This document shows, piece by piece, positions 25,446 to 38,949 of a DNA stretch of 64,000 bases. The first letter of the stretch is position 1. Each line of letters starts with the position of its first letter. The notes below the pieces were generated by a model. That model made no database searches and was not told the origin of the DNA. It saw only the letters and a program-made list of their open reading frames with translations. The stretch covers positions 1,922,001 through 1,986,000 of the forward strand of contig JAYWIR010000038.1 in NCBI GenBank assembly GCA_036172245.1, read 5' to 3'. The DNA is from Raillietiella orientalis. Taxonomy: Eukaryota. The position numbers and the translations under genes are program-made.

Positions 25446-28400
25446 AAGGCTCGCCCCCCCTGAGGTCGCTACTGACCTTTTATAAGAAATCCTCCGAGGT
25501 TAGGAACGGGGGACCTATGACAGAGCAAGCGGTTTCAAGGGAAGGGGACGGCATGGGTCTCTGATTGAAATTAGCCTGCACAGGCGGAAGACTTCTGTTC
25601 CAGTAATGATGCTCCATAATTTGCAGACTCCTTTTTTCCTGTTTACTTTCGCTGCTATTTTCCGGATCGTTCTGGAAATCTGGAGATGGCATCAGCGGAT
25701 TTCCAAACGAGCACGTACAGCCTCTCTTCGCTTTCCGGAAGTTTCTGGGCAGCCACGTCTCCACGAAAAGTAGAGCTCAGGAGAAAGGAATGAGAACTGA
25801 TCAAACGGAGAGGTTCTCATCTACTTTCAGCACAGCGGCAGCTATTTTTGCGAGGAGCATCCCACAGGATGCTGATTGCATTGGTTTGGTTCTCTGCATC
25901 GATCCCAGCAGCCGGGCAGAGTCACCGGAAACTCTGTCATGCAAGGAACGGCTGCCCACGTCCATCGCGCGCATTGGAACAGCGCGATAGAGATGCGTCT
26001 TTTCCATCTCTTCCATCCACTTCGAAGCGCTGGCCAACGATGGTGAAGCCTTCGAAATCCGAATGCGGAACGCGGAAGATGTTAGATCGTCATGCTGCTT
26101 CCAAGGAGGCATTCTATCCTGATTTCATTTCCTGCCAGCTTCTAGGCTCTATCTGATGCCTTTTGTGCATGATCGCATCGGGGGAAAAGTTCTGTTCTTG
26201 TCTGTTGTGCAGAGTTCAAAGACACGGAATTATTTGGAGACATCTCTCCGGAAGGAATCCAGCATGATGGAACAAAAAGTAAAATATGCGATGGAATTGG
26301 AGTCTTTCCACATGCAGTCTGGCAGTTTCCTAGCAGCAACTTCTTGATTCCCTTTTATCATTTGACGCGGAGCGGACTCTGCTCGCACTTGGGTCCCTTT
26401 TTTTTTCTCCAAACTTTTCCGAGATCTTCCGCGCCCTTGTGAATCGTGCCGGCACGTTGACTGCATCCGGAACAGAGGCGTGCTGAGGCACCTCCAAGTG
26501 TAAAGGGCAGTACTGACGGCTACCTCAGTTACCACTAATCTTTGTTATATCGGAAGCAACGTCAGCCAGAGTTTCCATATTCCCATGTTGGGAGTTTCCA
26601 TGTTCCCATGCAAAACGCGCGCATCTGCCCTTACGTGCCGTTTCTCCAGAAAATGTGATACACAGTGTTGAAAGAGAGAACTATTGATACTGGATGTTGA
26701 GATGCAGTCTTCCAAACAACACCTGAATTGGCGATGCATAGATAAAACACTTCTTGGTGTTTGATGCTGTTGACCACCGAGAGACCAATGTGACTAAAAT
26801 TCAACGTTAACTGCTAGACAGATTTCTCCAAAATTCCTCCAGCATGATGCATCATGGGTCAGACGAAAAGAACGTTGGACACCACTTAGCAAACTAATCC
26901 GATGCACTTGGAAGGTGTCCAGATTGAGAATTCTGGAGTCATCATCTTCAACATCGCGAGGGAATTCCCGGTCAGGTGCCTTGAAGATTAAACTCTTTCT
27001 TTGTGATGGAGCATGCCCTGCGTAATTTTGGAGCTTTTGCTGAAAATCCATGCTGCCGTATCAGAAAGTGGATATTGCTTGTGTGATTGATCAGCTGCAC
27101 AGGTATGATTCCAGGAACGAACCTGCTGAATGATATTAGTTCTCCAGCACCAGAGCATGTACTTCAACATGAACTGCTGCATATTCGCACTCCAAACAGA
27201 TAAGTAAGTTCATGGAGCCTTGATAATGAAAAGGTGGTGAGACGCAAGCTGACCTACAATTCTCAGGAGGATTGACCAAGTTTAGAAGAACTTGCATTGT
27301 TTTACACTTATAGGCAACCATTCCCGTTTATTTTCAATAATTTCGATTTCAGAAGAATAGTCATCAGACACCAGAAAATGGGATTGGAAGATCGGGTTCA
27401 GCTAGGATCACCATTGACTTCATCGGGTTTAACCAAATGATTAAACCCCATGAAGCTAACTTCACTTTAACCCCAATCTTGTATATCCTATCGTCTTCTT
27501 TACTCTCTGCTATTCTTAAATCCCTTAAATCCCTTGAATCTTTCCTTAGAGGACTAGCATGCGATAACAGCGGACGGACTTCCAAGACAAAGACTCAGTT
27601 ACACAACGAGATGTTCTTCCCAGATTTAATGGACTATTCGGTTAGGTATGCTAATGTACCTATGCACGTCGTGGCTGCACAGGCTGCCACTCGATCTGTC
27701 TTATATTCACGTATTTTGTAACTGCATCCTGCTGCATGGATTTTTTTCCGTGTTTAAAGGCTTTTTGATGAGTCCCATGCTAGAAAACAAAAAAAAAAAA
27801 GAAAACGAAAGAAGCGAAACTGCACTTTGAGAGCATCATCTGTTTATCCACTCTAAAAAAGTAGGTGATCTTTTATCTCTCCAATCACACTGGCCATTGG
27901 CTTGGAAGGCATTTGAGGATCGCCATCCTACGTAAAAGTCATCGCGTATGCTTTGTTTCATTAGTTTTCTACCCCCTCTCTAACTAAGCATGCACAGGAG
28001 AAGAAATACAAATAGCCAGCGGATTAGATTACACCGAGCGTGAGACAAATCAATACTTGATAAGACGTCCTTGTCTTTCCATTTTTGCCACTAACTCGAT
28101 TTGAAATTAGAAGAAGCACCTTGTCTTTCACAACCACAAAGATTAGAGATACCACGGAAGCAAAAGGACTGCCGTATGGTCAGCGATTCGTCTCTGAATG
28201 CATGGTCCAATAGGTACTGATGGGATGTTGCAAAAATGAGACTAGCAGATTTCTCACACTCCTTTCGTGGACAGAAGTGTGCAGGGAACTCCATCATAGA
28301 GAGTCTAAAAAGTTGTTGATGAAAACGGGGATGGCTAAAACAAACCACATGAACCAATGGAGCAAACTGTTTGTGATTTTATTTCAGGGTTAGCAAACTG

Positions 28401-29929
28401 CCCAAATTATCACGTTACACCATCAAGCTTTCTTCGGGAGCATGATATACCCAGGAAGGGACGGCGGTTGTCCCTCAGTCAGGGGATAATCAAATCAGAA
28501 GATGAAGCGTGCACTTTCACCAATTTACACGGCAGAAACGGGCAGCAGTACCACATCTCGGCGACATCCAGATTGCCTTCATATCTGCTGGTCGACAAAG
28601 GTTCTCTGGAAGTACCCGACATTTCTTCCTCCTCGGTTTTCGATAGCTAGGAACGTTCGTCCAAAAAGAAAAAGGAAAAAAAAAGGCACCCCAGCTCGAT
28701 GACTTCAGTTTCCAGAGGCATTCCATTTGTGCACGTATGGGTGATGAGGGTCGTACAATGTGTTCCGTGCAAGCGTCAGGATACAAAAAGCGTGCAAGGA
28801 GAAAGTTCATTTTACTCTCCTTTGCATTTTTCAAGGGTTTATTTCCGTTTTATTCATGGAAATCACTGGAAATTCGATGCAAATTTCGACCCGAAACGAG
28901 TCCGTATCTCCGTATCCGGATGGATCGCCGTGTTTCTTCACATCTTGCATTCTCCTCAGTCCACTCGAGCTCCTAAGTAATGAACAAATCGCTTGGTTTT
29001 GGGATGCTGTGCAAGAACTGCAGGCAAGGCTCCGCATTCGACCAATCTGAGCCATGCCATCCTCGAAACCTTTTCAAGAGATGTAAACGATATTGATCTG
29101 TTCAAGAAGGTAGAGAGGGTTTGACCGTGCTTGGTCAAGCTGCAGGAAAAGCCAAAAGAGAGCAGTCGTATGACCGAGTGGATCAGTGCGATGAGCAGTC
29201 TCATAGCCCAAAATATGTCTTTTTTTCTTTTATCTGAAACAAGGCTATAAAGAGGAGATGATAACACTGTATAACAATGACAGTGTTGTACAGTGTTCTG
29301 CAGCCATAACCGGCATCAGGCAAGCACTTTGAGTTCAATGAAACTGCCATGCTTCGCCAGCAGCCAGTAAAGACAGTTGGGGAGTAGGCGGCTCAGGGAG
29401 CAAACAAGACGCGTTGACGCTATCAGATGAGCAAGAGAAGATATTTTGTGTTGCCACAAATTAGGCTGAGCTTTCCATTCCCCTGCTGAGCTGTCATCCA
29501 GAAGGCGGTCACAAAGCGGTCACAATGAGCACCGAGTGCCGCGGAAGTGTTCGAGGTCAAGAAATGCGAAGTTCTGCCATTGTGGGAAAACCTGCATGGA
29601 TGCTTCATTCTGAGTTTGTTTCTTCTCTGAGAGCCCAAAGGCATTTTTCATTTACGTCGCATCCCAAACAGAAACCAAAACAAGCAGAGTGACCCCATGC
29701 ATTTCGCATTGGTTTCGTCCAGATAAGGGTTGCTTCTAAGGATCAAGAATCTTTAAAATGCTTTCCTAATCCTTTTCTTACGTTAGATTTATTATATGGT
29801 TGCTTTCTTGACGGATTAGATCGACTTCCAGAGTAGGGATTAGCAATTCTTAAGGTCTCAATTGCTGCCTTACATAAGTATTCTGCTGAGTGTCATCCAT
29901 AAGGCGTCCGTAGAACGCGGTCACAAATG

Positions 29930-30620
29930 AGCTGAAGAACCGTTCGCCTCCTTGGGGAAGGGGGGGGGGGCACTTGAACTTTTCAAGCTCTTTAAACACT
30001 GTACATGCCACCCGAGGGTGCGTGGTGGCTCTTTAAGTTAGGGAGTACCTAAGCAGGGAACCACCCTATGAATCCAGGAAGGTTCAAAAGGATGTAGCTG
30101 CTCCTTCTACACTTGGTAGGGAACCTCTTCGGAGGACTCCGGGGAGGGTCACTTCTCATTTCTTCTCCGAAGGAACACCTCCCCTGAAGGATCCACTCCT
30201 GGAATTTCTAACTCCGAAGGGAATCAGAAAGGGTACCGCTCTCCGTTTCATCCTCTGAGGGGTGCTTCCAGATTTCCCTGAAGGGAGCAGCGCGCTTCTT
30301 GACATTCTGGAGAGGTATCAGTCCGCCAACTCCTCCAAGGTACGAGGTGTACGGATCCCCGCCACAACTGGAAGGGGAATCCTGAAGGGAACCGGCTCCT
30401 TGATTCCTGGAAGGACTCGGAGGGTCAATTTCCAATCCCATCCAGTCAACGGGGGCATCCGGCTTGATGCGCCGCACTCGGAGCCCGTCCCGTGAGGAGG
30501 ACTCAAAACCCACGATGGACCCCCCATTCTCAGCGTCGATCTTTCCCAGGGTGGGATTCGAACATGCAGTGCCTGGTACCACGAGCGGAGACCGCAGCCA
30601 CACAGACCTCGACGGAGCCG
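29930..30620 (-). mobile_element. SINE copy 8, inserted in VPS13 copy C
   Basis: GGGTGGGATTCGAAC at ~30550; family body; CTCTTTAAACACTG 3' motif. Confidence 0.72.
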
Positions 30621-33600
30621 CCGAGGTGAGTGAACTGGTGGCTCAGATGCGAATAGTTTTACTCCAGCCGGTTTTACACGGCTGTTCCCCTGGATGATCT
30701 GAAATCAGAATCTTCCTCAGTTATATTGTTTGAGGGTTAGGGGAGGGGCAAGAAATCACAAAGGTGGGTGATATCTTTGAGCTCGGTGGTCACATGGAAA
30801 TAGTGGATGGTTAAGGAGTTGACAATTTCAGCGATGTGCACAATATTCATATACTGCTGCTGATGTGACCAGCCATTGACGTCAATGGATCAATGGACAG
30901 AATGGGGAGAAAACTCCACCGAGCTCAGAATCACAGCTTGCCGTAGAATCCACATTATCGAGGACCTAATGGGTGCATAGTCATCTGGCATTCAAGGACA
31001 GATGTATGGAGCTTCGACCTACCAATGGGATCAGTTTCCTCTCATGGACGTGGAAACAAGGACTAGGGAACATCGGCATTTCAGATATCAAAGGCGAGAA
31101 GTTTTTTCATTTCCGGATTCTTTTCCTCTTGATTCCTTCTAAGTGCTCGCGTTCGTGGATTCCGACTTTGCTCTTTCTTTGTTCTTTGTGAAATCATCAG
31201 AGCGTGTTGGCGCAATATGGCGAGGAAGACTAAAAAGAAACTATCGAGTGTCGAACTGCTACTACATCGGTATGAAAAATAATAATAGTGAGAAAATGGG
31301 TGAGCCATCAGAAATGGTGTCAAGTGCTCAAAGCTGGCTACTCTGGGACATCCATGCACAGATACTTGGATTACAAAGGGCATAGGCGAAATAGGCACGG
31401 TCTATCCTCGTTGTCGAGGTCAGCAGGTCCATGGAGTGCGTTTTCCGCTTTGATTGACCTCGAGATCACCTGTAAGGGGGTGAGCGATAAATCTGCCTTA
31501 CGTGCGACTGCTTCTGATCAATCTATCTCTTCTTCGAGAGGGAATTTTCATTTCTCACGAAGTGCATGATAGAAAGATGGATTCAATTGAATTCAAGAGA
31601 GAATAGATTTCCACGAATAACGATGAACACATTCCTGCTCGGCCATTATTCTCTTCATCCAATATTTGTGTGAAGGAGCTTGGAATGCTTCCTCTTATAG
31701 ACTCCTTGGACTTGTTTCCTGGGAACTACTGTTCAGGATCCGAAAGATCATTTGCTTCTCAACCAAGAGGCCATTAAAAACCACGCATCGTCTCCAAGGT
31801 GAACGTTAAGATCAAGCGTGTCATGCAAATGAACTGTGAGTGCGAAACGCTGTTTGTTCCATCGGAATCGAAGACGACGAAGGAAATTCTCACGGTTATC
31901 TTTTGCTGCCTCGAGATCGCTCTGCCAAGAGCCCGGCTCGAAAGCTTCCGGGTTCCTCAGCAGTGCACGTTCGTGCCTCTAGGGCACTTGTTGAAATTCA
32001 TACGACGAGGTTGAACCCATTCGCACCATGCTCACTGGGAGGAGGTCTCCAGCCTGGTAAAGAGACGGATTTCTCCTTCCATCCGTTTCGGGGAATACGT
32101 GCGCTCGTCTCCGCCCGCCTCCTCACCCAGAGGGGTGTGGTGATGTCCTGCGGACTCGTAGGTGCTCTACCATGGAGTTCTCTTCCTACTAAATCGTCAG
32201 GGAATCGGTTTCACTTTTCCCAGCTCAGAACCAGATGCTGAAAGACAGCTTCCTCTTGGAATAAGAACTTCTCGGACGGTTTGACGAAGCTTCCGTTCTA
32301 AGTGAGTAGGATTTTTTTCCAGAGAGGATTAGCAGGGGAAGGGACCGTGTGATTTTCCGCAGCACAAAAGTTCGAAGCAGGGAGCTCTGCTCCTCACGAA
32401 AGTTGCTTCCGGTGGCAAGAGACGCACCTTGGCAAACTCTCTTCGCCTTGGGGTGTCACTCCTCCTGGAGTAGAGTCTGCCATCGCTTCAGTTTCCGAGA
32501 GGACTCACCTTTCCAAGAAGCGTGTCATTCCATGATGGGAGATGAACGTGCTACCTTCTTACAGAAACGCTCTCGTCTACCTGGACCGTGAGAATTTCTT
32601 CACGCCGAAACTCCCAGACCATGGACTTGGGAAGCGAGCGGTCGCGAGTTTGGTCGAAGGAGAGGCAGATTGGTTTTTGATTGCTTTCTGAATCCGTTCC
32701 AGAGACAGGGAACAGTTTTCTGGACTGTTTCGTGTAACAATCCAGCATTTCAGGCTTCACGAGCGAGGACTTTTTGTTTTGCTCGAACAAAGCAAAGATC
32801 CAGCTGCTTTTGATTCGTAGAATCCTCCTTTCATCAGATGCGCTCATCTGGCTATTTAGAGCGGACCTAGGAAACAAATGAACGCCAGGAGGTCAGATGC
32901 GAAAAAGTCCCTCTTCAGCAATCGTTTAAAGGGTCACTGGCAACAATCCTTTTCCATCCAATCAAAGGTGTCATGAAATTTCATCTTTCCTAAAAATTTT
33001 TCGTTCGTAAATCCTATCCCTATGCTACGTGAATTCGTTTCCTAAGCAATTTTATGAGAATCATTCCTTAGTGCGCCCCTTTCCCCTACTCTCCCCCGAA
33101 ATACGAGCTCATTTTGGCGCATGTATGTCAGTTCTTGAAACGCAGAGCTCTTGAAGCAGATGAATTTTATTCTACACATGAACGGACCCCGCTCCCAAAG
33201 GAGTGTGACATGCAAAAGCAACAACCTGGTACCTCACGGACTGCAAACGCGAAGCATCCCCTCTTCCGTGAGGGCAAGCGTCAGCTGCCGGATAGCTGGA
33301 GGATCTACACACGTTACTGCCCCTTCAAGCAAGGATCCCTCAAAGAGCTGTAAGGTGTTCCCAAGGAGTGCATTTTGTCAGGAATCACAACAAGCAACTG
33401 ACCAACAGCTCGTCTTCCTTTGTGCTTCTTTCTGCCGATTTCCAATTTCTGATGCCACAGGGTGAACTTTTTTCTTGCCATCACAGAGTGCAAGATTGCT
33501 CCTCTCTTTTATATGGCCGTCTTACATCAGCATTAGTGCCACCCTCGCACTTCCCCACTGGTGTCGAGAAACAATGAAAATCTTCTGGTGAGGTGCCATG

Positions 33601-33911
33601 GATAGGCTCTAGAAGCGTACCAGAACCATGGTGAAGGCTTCTCTCCTCGATCGAATCGTGCGAGCAAGTCCTGCCCTCGTGCGACAGAGAGTCATATCCT
33701 CAGGATGGAGGCCGCAATGTTTATCTCCAGTCGCTCCCCGCAGCTCATGCAAACGGCCCTGATGCTGACACAAACAAATGAAGCGGGCGAATTCCCACCA
33801 TCATGCCCGTCTGCCTTTTCTCTTCAGCTCGAAGTTGCGACTTCATACGTTCTTGCAAAATGGCTCGTCCAAAGTTCTCAATGAGCATTCCGCGAATATT
33901 TGTTCCGGGAA

Positions 33912-34612
33912 GCATTTGTTGGCATTTCGTTGGTCACGCCCTTGATAAGAAAAGGCGCACGAAACAAACGAAAAGGGGATAATTTCCTCCGCCATCTTGG
34001 AAGCCTGGCTGTTGCTCTTCAGCTCGTCCTCGTAAGAAAGACGAAGCTCTTGAGGGGAGTCCAGTACTACCTACCGATGGTCCCTGTTCGATGCTTTCAA
34101 TGCGCGTTCTGCGAATATGCCATGTTCGAGCACACCATCCGCTTCCGACGCAAATTAATGTGCTCGAGCATCGAAATCTTCTGTTCGTCCCTCACCGGGT
34201 CCCAGGCACGCTGCGAGCACTCCTTTCGAGCCGATGCTGCGGCTCTCCTGCTTTCGCCTCAGCACCCCTTCCAGCGCCGTCGATGGATGCCCGTAAGCGG
34301 CGTCCAGCAGGTTTCGGCTCCCTCTCGCCCTGGAGCAGCGTATCCAGCTTCGAGCCCATTCCCGGAACAGCGTGATTGAAGACCTCCAGCTCCCGATGTT
34401 CCGGGGTAGCCCTTCGGTGCCTGGGCTACCAGTTTGCCTTGTTGACCATGGCTTTGTTCCTCCATGGGATTCCTCTTCCTCTCGAAGCGTCTCCGACGCA
34501 TCTGTAAGAAGCGCCGTTCCTAATAGGCGGTGCCCTCACGGGCGGGCGAAGGATGAGTCGCTTTTCACGGACAAATCTGTACTGTTCCCTGTCGGACAGA
34601 AAGTGCCCTGAG
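33912..34612. repeat. Dispersed ~0.7-kb element, copy R1 (inside VPS13 copy C)
   Basis: Core near-identical to 43815-44527 and 52093-52695; all three in the same orientation. Confidence 0.92.
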
Positions 34613-35199
34613 CTATGTTTCTCGATTTCAGAAGTAGTGTTCCCTTAATTCGGGTGCTTTGCGATGAAGGATGCTTTTGCTGAATGTGGTTTTTTATCTC
34701 GTATGATGTCACCAAATGAAATTTTGGTTCCTGCCTTGGTGCATCCTCGAGGACATGACTTGCCTCCTTACCATGCGACTGTCCAGCCCTGAACTTTGAG
34801 ATGATGCAAGCTCTCCTCAAGGCTTATTTGCCTGCAGTGATGAACCCAGTTTCTTTTCCTTCACTGTGCTCTGGGAACGAACCAAGAGATCCAGTCCTTC
34901 CAGAGAAGAAGAGATGGAATCTTGAAGGAGGTTTCCTTATTCTTGTTATTATGGGTTCGCATTTGAGAAATCCAATTCTTTCAAAATTCTGAAAGGGGAT
35001 CGAGAAAGATGATCCAAAGAAAGATTTGATAGCTGGAGGTGACAAATCGTTGCTCTTCCGTTCTTGAAGAATGGTGCTGTTGAAAACTCACTCTTTGTTT
35101 TCTTCAGTTCTCACTCTGAATGGTACTCCGCGAAGCACATCGGATGCTAGTCTTGACTTCCAGAAATCTCGTCGTTCCACTTCAACTGTGCCGACAGCA

Positions 35200-37530
35200 T
35201 CAGAGCACCCGGTGGGTTGCCTACTAAAAGAAGTGGCTTGCGCCCTTCGTCCACTTGCACCGCTAACCCCACCCGGCCACCGAGATCCGAACCTGAAAGC
35301 GGCAAAAGGCCGGGAACGGCTCTTTCTCTCAAGGTTCGAAGCGACCCGGAACAGGTTCCCGAGGAAGGGGAACGGTCAGGAAGAGCCCCGCAACAGGGAT
35401 GCTCCCACCAGCGACACGCCTTTTTCGAGGAGCGCGCGAGCAGAGCAGGTGACTCGCACCGCCCCTCCCGGAATCCCGAAGCGGAGGGTCTTCTCGCTCT
35501 CCAGGAAGGGCAAATGAAAGAGCGGGAGAGGCCGTTGGTAATAGGGAAGCGCTAGAGGTGCCCGCATCCCGTGTTGGGGTCAAATGAGGCTGTTAGCGGA
35601 GTTCGGAAAAGGCGTGGCGGATCCCCGGTTGCGTGTGGAGGGAGGGGAAAAAAGGAATTCTCTTCCCTTTCCGAGGGAGAGCCGGGACACAAGAGTCGAA
35701 TCGAAAGGACTTCCTGTCAGTCCCGGAGCATGGAGATGCCGGTTCCTCGTAACGGGATAGTATGCCCATCAGGCTGAGCTGCCGCGACGGGAAAGGCGTT
35801 TCCTCGAGGCCGTCTCCGAAGCGGTCCGACCTGGCAAAGCATCTGCGGGGGTCTGACGGAGGGAATTCCAGGCGCCTTCTCTTCCTGGAGGAAAGTCGCG
35901 GAGCGCGGTCGAGGAGGCGAGACGTCCAGGTATTGCAGGGATTGGACGCCGGCGGACTCCGATGCGCGGAAGCGGGGAAGGATCGATCTCACAGAAACCG
36001 ACTCGGCTAGCACCTGCTGGATTCCAGTTCGGGGAGAGTTCCACTACAGCCCCCGTTTTCCGGGAGCTCTGTAGAACCGAAGAAGGGTTGGAGGAAGCTG
36101 TAGACGCGCCCCTAGAGGAGGATCGTTTCATCCAGGGAGAGAGGAGAGTTTTCTTGTGCGGAGGTGAGCCCTTCAAGGGAAGGAGGAGGGAAGGACCAGG
36201 TCTTTGGCTCCTCCGAGCACCTGTAAAGACGGCGAGGCTCAGAACACCGTCTTCACGGGAATCCAGCGGCTCTCGGGAGACGAGTATTCCTGAAGTAGGC
36301 TCCCCTGGAGACACGGAGCGCCACTGACCCTCGCTCCTGAGGGTGTGCGAGGGAAAGAAACCAGAAGTTCAGGGAATGTCCCTCCTTTGTTCTTCTCGGA
36401 GCGCCGGAACACCAGGGGGCTCCAGCCAGAATTTCTTTCGTAGCAGGTGCGCCCATCTGCCACAGGAAATCAAAGCCACGGGATCGGTAAGCTTCCAAGG
36501 AAGAGGACAAAAAGAATGGGTTCGTCCCAGAGTTCAGAGGACGAATGGAAGGGGCAGTGGAGATTTCCGCTTGGTTTCTGCAGGTTCTTTCTTCTCGGAG
36601 CCTCGAGGAGGTGCCCTTGCCGCCAAAGAACTGCTGGTGAATCTGGAGGCTGGCGACTTTCAGGTCCGCTGTCTGGTGCGCGGATGGGGGGCAGTGAATT
36701 CAGGTACCTCGAATCCGCTAGTCTTTGCTTGCGTTTTTCTCTTTGTTTCATTTTTTCATTCCTCCCTTCCCACAGCATTCCCACCATCCTCTCTTTCCTG
36801 GAGAGATCCACTCCGCGTCCGGGAAATTTTCAAGAGGAACGGTCTGCCAGCATTCCGTTTCTGGTGCAACAAGCGCCACTATTTTTCTGCACTCCTGGCT
36901 AACCACCCGTGCCGGAGGTCCGTTCTGCTGGCTGCAGTGGATTCCAGCATCTTTGGATCATCTGCTTCCTACTCGGTGCCCATTCTGCTGCCGGCAATGC
37001 TGTGCCTGCTACCTCCCCTCTGGCGTTGGGGTCTTGGGAGGAGCTTCAGCGGTGCATTCGATGGGCAAAGGGTGGGCACTTGTGGTCCTCCGGCTTGAAG
37101 GACGGCATCACAAGCCGGAAGAGCGTGCGTTTTACGTCAATTCCGGCATTCGCGGCGACCGCTCGCTCACTTCGCTTCTCCGAAGTGAGCCTCCGGACAG
37201 CTCGGGACCAGGCGCTTTCTCGAGGCGCATCTTCAGACGCTGGAGTTCTCTCATCCGCTGCTGGGCGCCACAGAGCTCTGCGGCGCACTTGGCAGCGTCT
37301 AGAGGCTCCCTGCTTCACCCAGAGGACGGTCCCAGAACGGCGTTTCTGAGTCTGCGCGCGGGAGGAGATTCCGCTTGTTTCGGTGGGAGCGATGCTGCGT
37401 CGCAAACTTGGCGCGGGACAGCTTCATCTGGGAGGGGAGGGAGGGATGTCGGGCAGGCTGTGAGAGGGGCAGTCGAGCTGACCTGTATTCCTCCTTTCTT
37501 TCTGATCCATTCATCTTTAATTATTGTTTT
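35200..37530 (+). mobile_element. Decayed Tx1/L1-like LINE remnant
   Basis: GRIDL (endonuclease RID-like); LLANH...LLAAV...LWRWGLG (post-RT GGLG region); CAREE (zinc-finger remnant); T-rich end. Confidence 0.45.
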
Positions 37531-38099
37531 CCCCCTTGCACCGCCTTGATCATCGTCTCAGCCTCCCTGCGAGCGATCGGCTTTCCTTACAGGATTGCCA
37601 GGCTCTGGCAGGAGACACTTCCCTATGTATGTGAGTGCATTTATGGAAATAAACTCCTGAGAATTGATCTTCTTAACTCTGACTTCTCATCTTCTCATCC
37701 AAATTGCTGGACTGTTCACTTGGAATGGATAGACCAGGAGTTCCACAGTGAGAAAGAGTCAGACGTTTGCTTCAGGGTCCAATCAGTGGATAAGTAAGCA
37801 AAGTTGCGGCAAACCGGACTCACGGTGGGGGTCACCACCCAGAAAGTCCGTTTTGGTAAGGGAAGGTGCTGTCTCCCGTTTTGAGCCACCCCGTCCTCAA
37901 CTGCCCTTCCACCTTCCAGTTTGAGTTACCTTGTCTTATTCCTCATGGAGGAGATGGCCTCTGGAAAGAGAGAGTTCCCTTGGATGGTAGCCACCCATGG
38001 TAGCCATTTTGGAGGTGGACATGGCTCGCAGGTTGTAGAGGATTACCAGCGGAAAGGCAGATGTTGAGCCCGAAGAGGTGAGCATTCCTGGAAGCAGAT

Positions 38100-38500
38100 C
38101 CTAAGAAGCCTTTCGTGTCCAGAAGCTCCCTCGGGAAGGGAAGGGAATCCCTATCCTCTTCCTCCACGCTGAACAGGAAATCCTCCACGCCTTTTCCGAA
38201 CTCCGCTAACAGCTTCATTTGACCCCAAAACGGGATGAGGGAGCCTCTGACGCTTTCCCATTCCCGACCACCTCTCCCGCTCTTCCCTTTGCCCTTCCTG
38301 GAGAGCGAGGAGGCCCTCCGTTTCGAGATTCCGAGAGAGGCGGTGCGAGCCCCCTTCTCTGCTCGCGCGCTCCTCGAGAAAGGCGTGTCGTTGGCGGGAG
38401 CGTTCTGTCTCGGGGTCCTTCCTGATTGTGCCTCTTCCTCTGGAGCACCTGCTCCGAGTCTCATCGAGCCCTGCGGGAAATCCGCTCCCGACCTTTCGAC
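38100..38500 (-). repeat. Inverted copy of ~35300-35700 (same LINE-like family)
   Basis: ORFs 35329..35583(-) and 38219..38425(+) translate to clearly homologous peptides (SPAL.FALPGER...LLCSRAPR). Confidence 0.8.
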
Positions 38501-38949
38501 AGCTCTCGTCAATCTCCTCCTTTCATGCTTCGAGGGCGCTTCTGATACCTCTCTCCGGCACCCTGACGGCTTCTACGTCAACGGTGGACGTTAAGAAGCC
38601 GTGCTTCCGGTGTTCATATTTTTCCCATAAAGGGAGAAACCTCATCTTTTCCCTTTGCTCTTTCTGTGAACTCCTATTGGCCACTTTGCCCCCCCTTCCC
38701 TCCTCCGGAGCTCAGAATGCGCCCGTTCCCAAGGAGTCTGCGGCCGGCTGAGAGAAGGGAGGCCCAGAAGGTCTCCAGCCGAGAAGAAGATCGCGAGAAC
38801 GCGGAGGGGAAGACGAGGGGGGGGGGGGACGGTGGAAACCGCAACTTTCTCTCCCTCAGGGGGCGATTCGGGAGCATCTCCCGCTCGCAGGCCGCAGTGG
38901 GCAGGCACGGGGGACGATTAAGGATGCTCCGCTGGAGTCACCTTGGCCC

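Larger units (their letters stand above)
24150..35090 (-). pseudogene. VPS13: VPS13A/C-like pseudogene copy C, near full length, no obvious introns
   Basis: Best-preserved copy. LKELDF...FKIP...SLEGLDLLV (chorein_N, ~34890-34990); YKIGVKVKLASWGL, VSPPFHYQGSMNLLICLECEYAAVHVEV, ISFSRFVPGIIPVQLINHT, QVHRISLLSGVQR and IGLSVVNSIKHQEVFYLCIANSGVVWK (VAB/SHR-BD region, 26700-27500); AVLKVDENL; IMEHHYW...SVIGPPFLTSEDF (~HY...DVLGNPFGL); RFREQEFLP...LRPLWERFA (~RLRPPR...RPY). Confidence 0.88.

Noticed and set aside
33900..34379. Plus-strand ORF with a CxxCxxC motif open in all three R copies
   Set aside because: It stays open simply because the DNA is near-identical; start sites differ and the opposite strand looks more protein-like.
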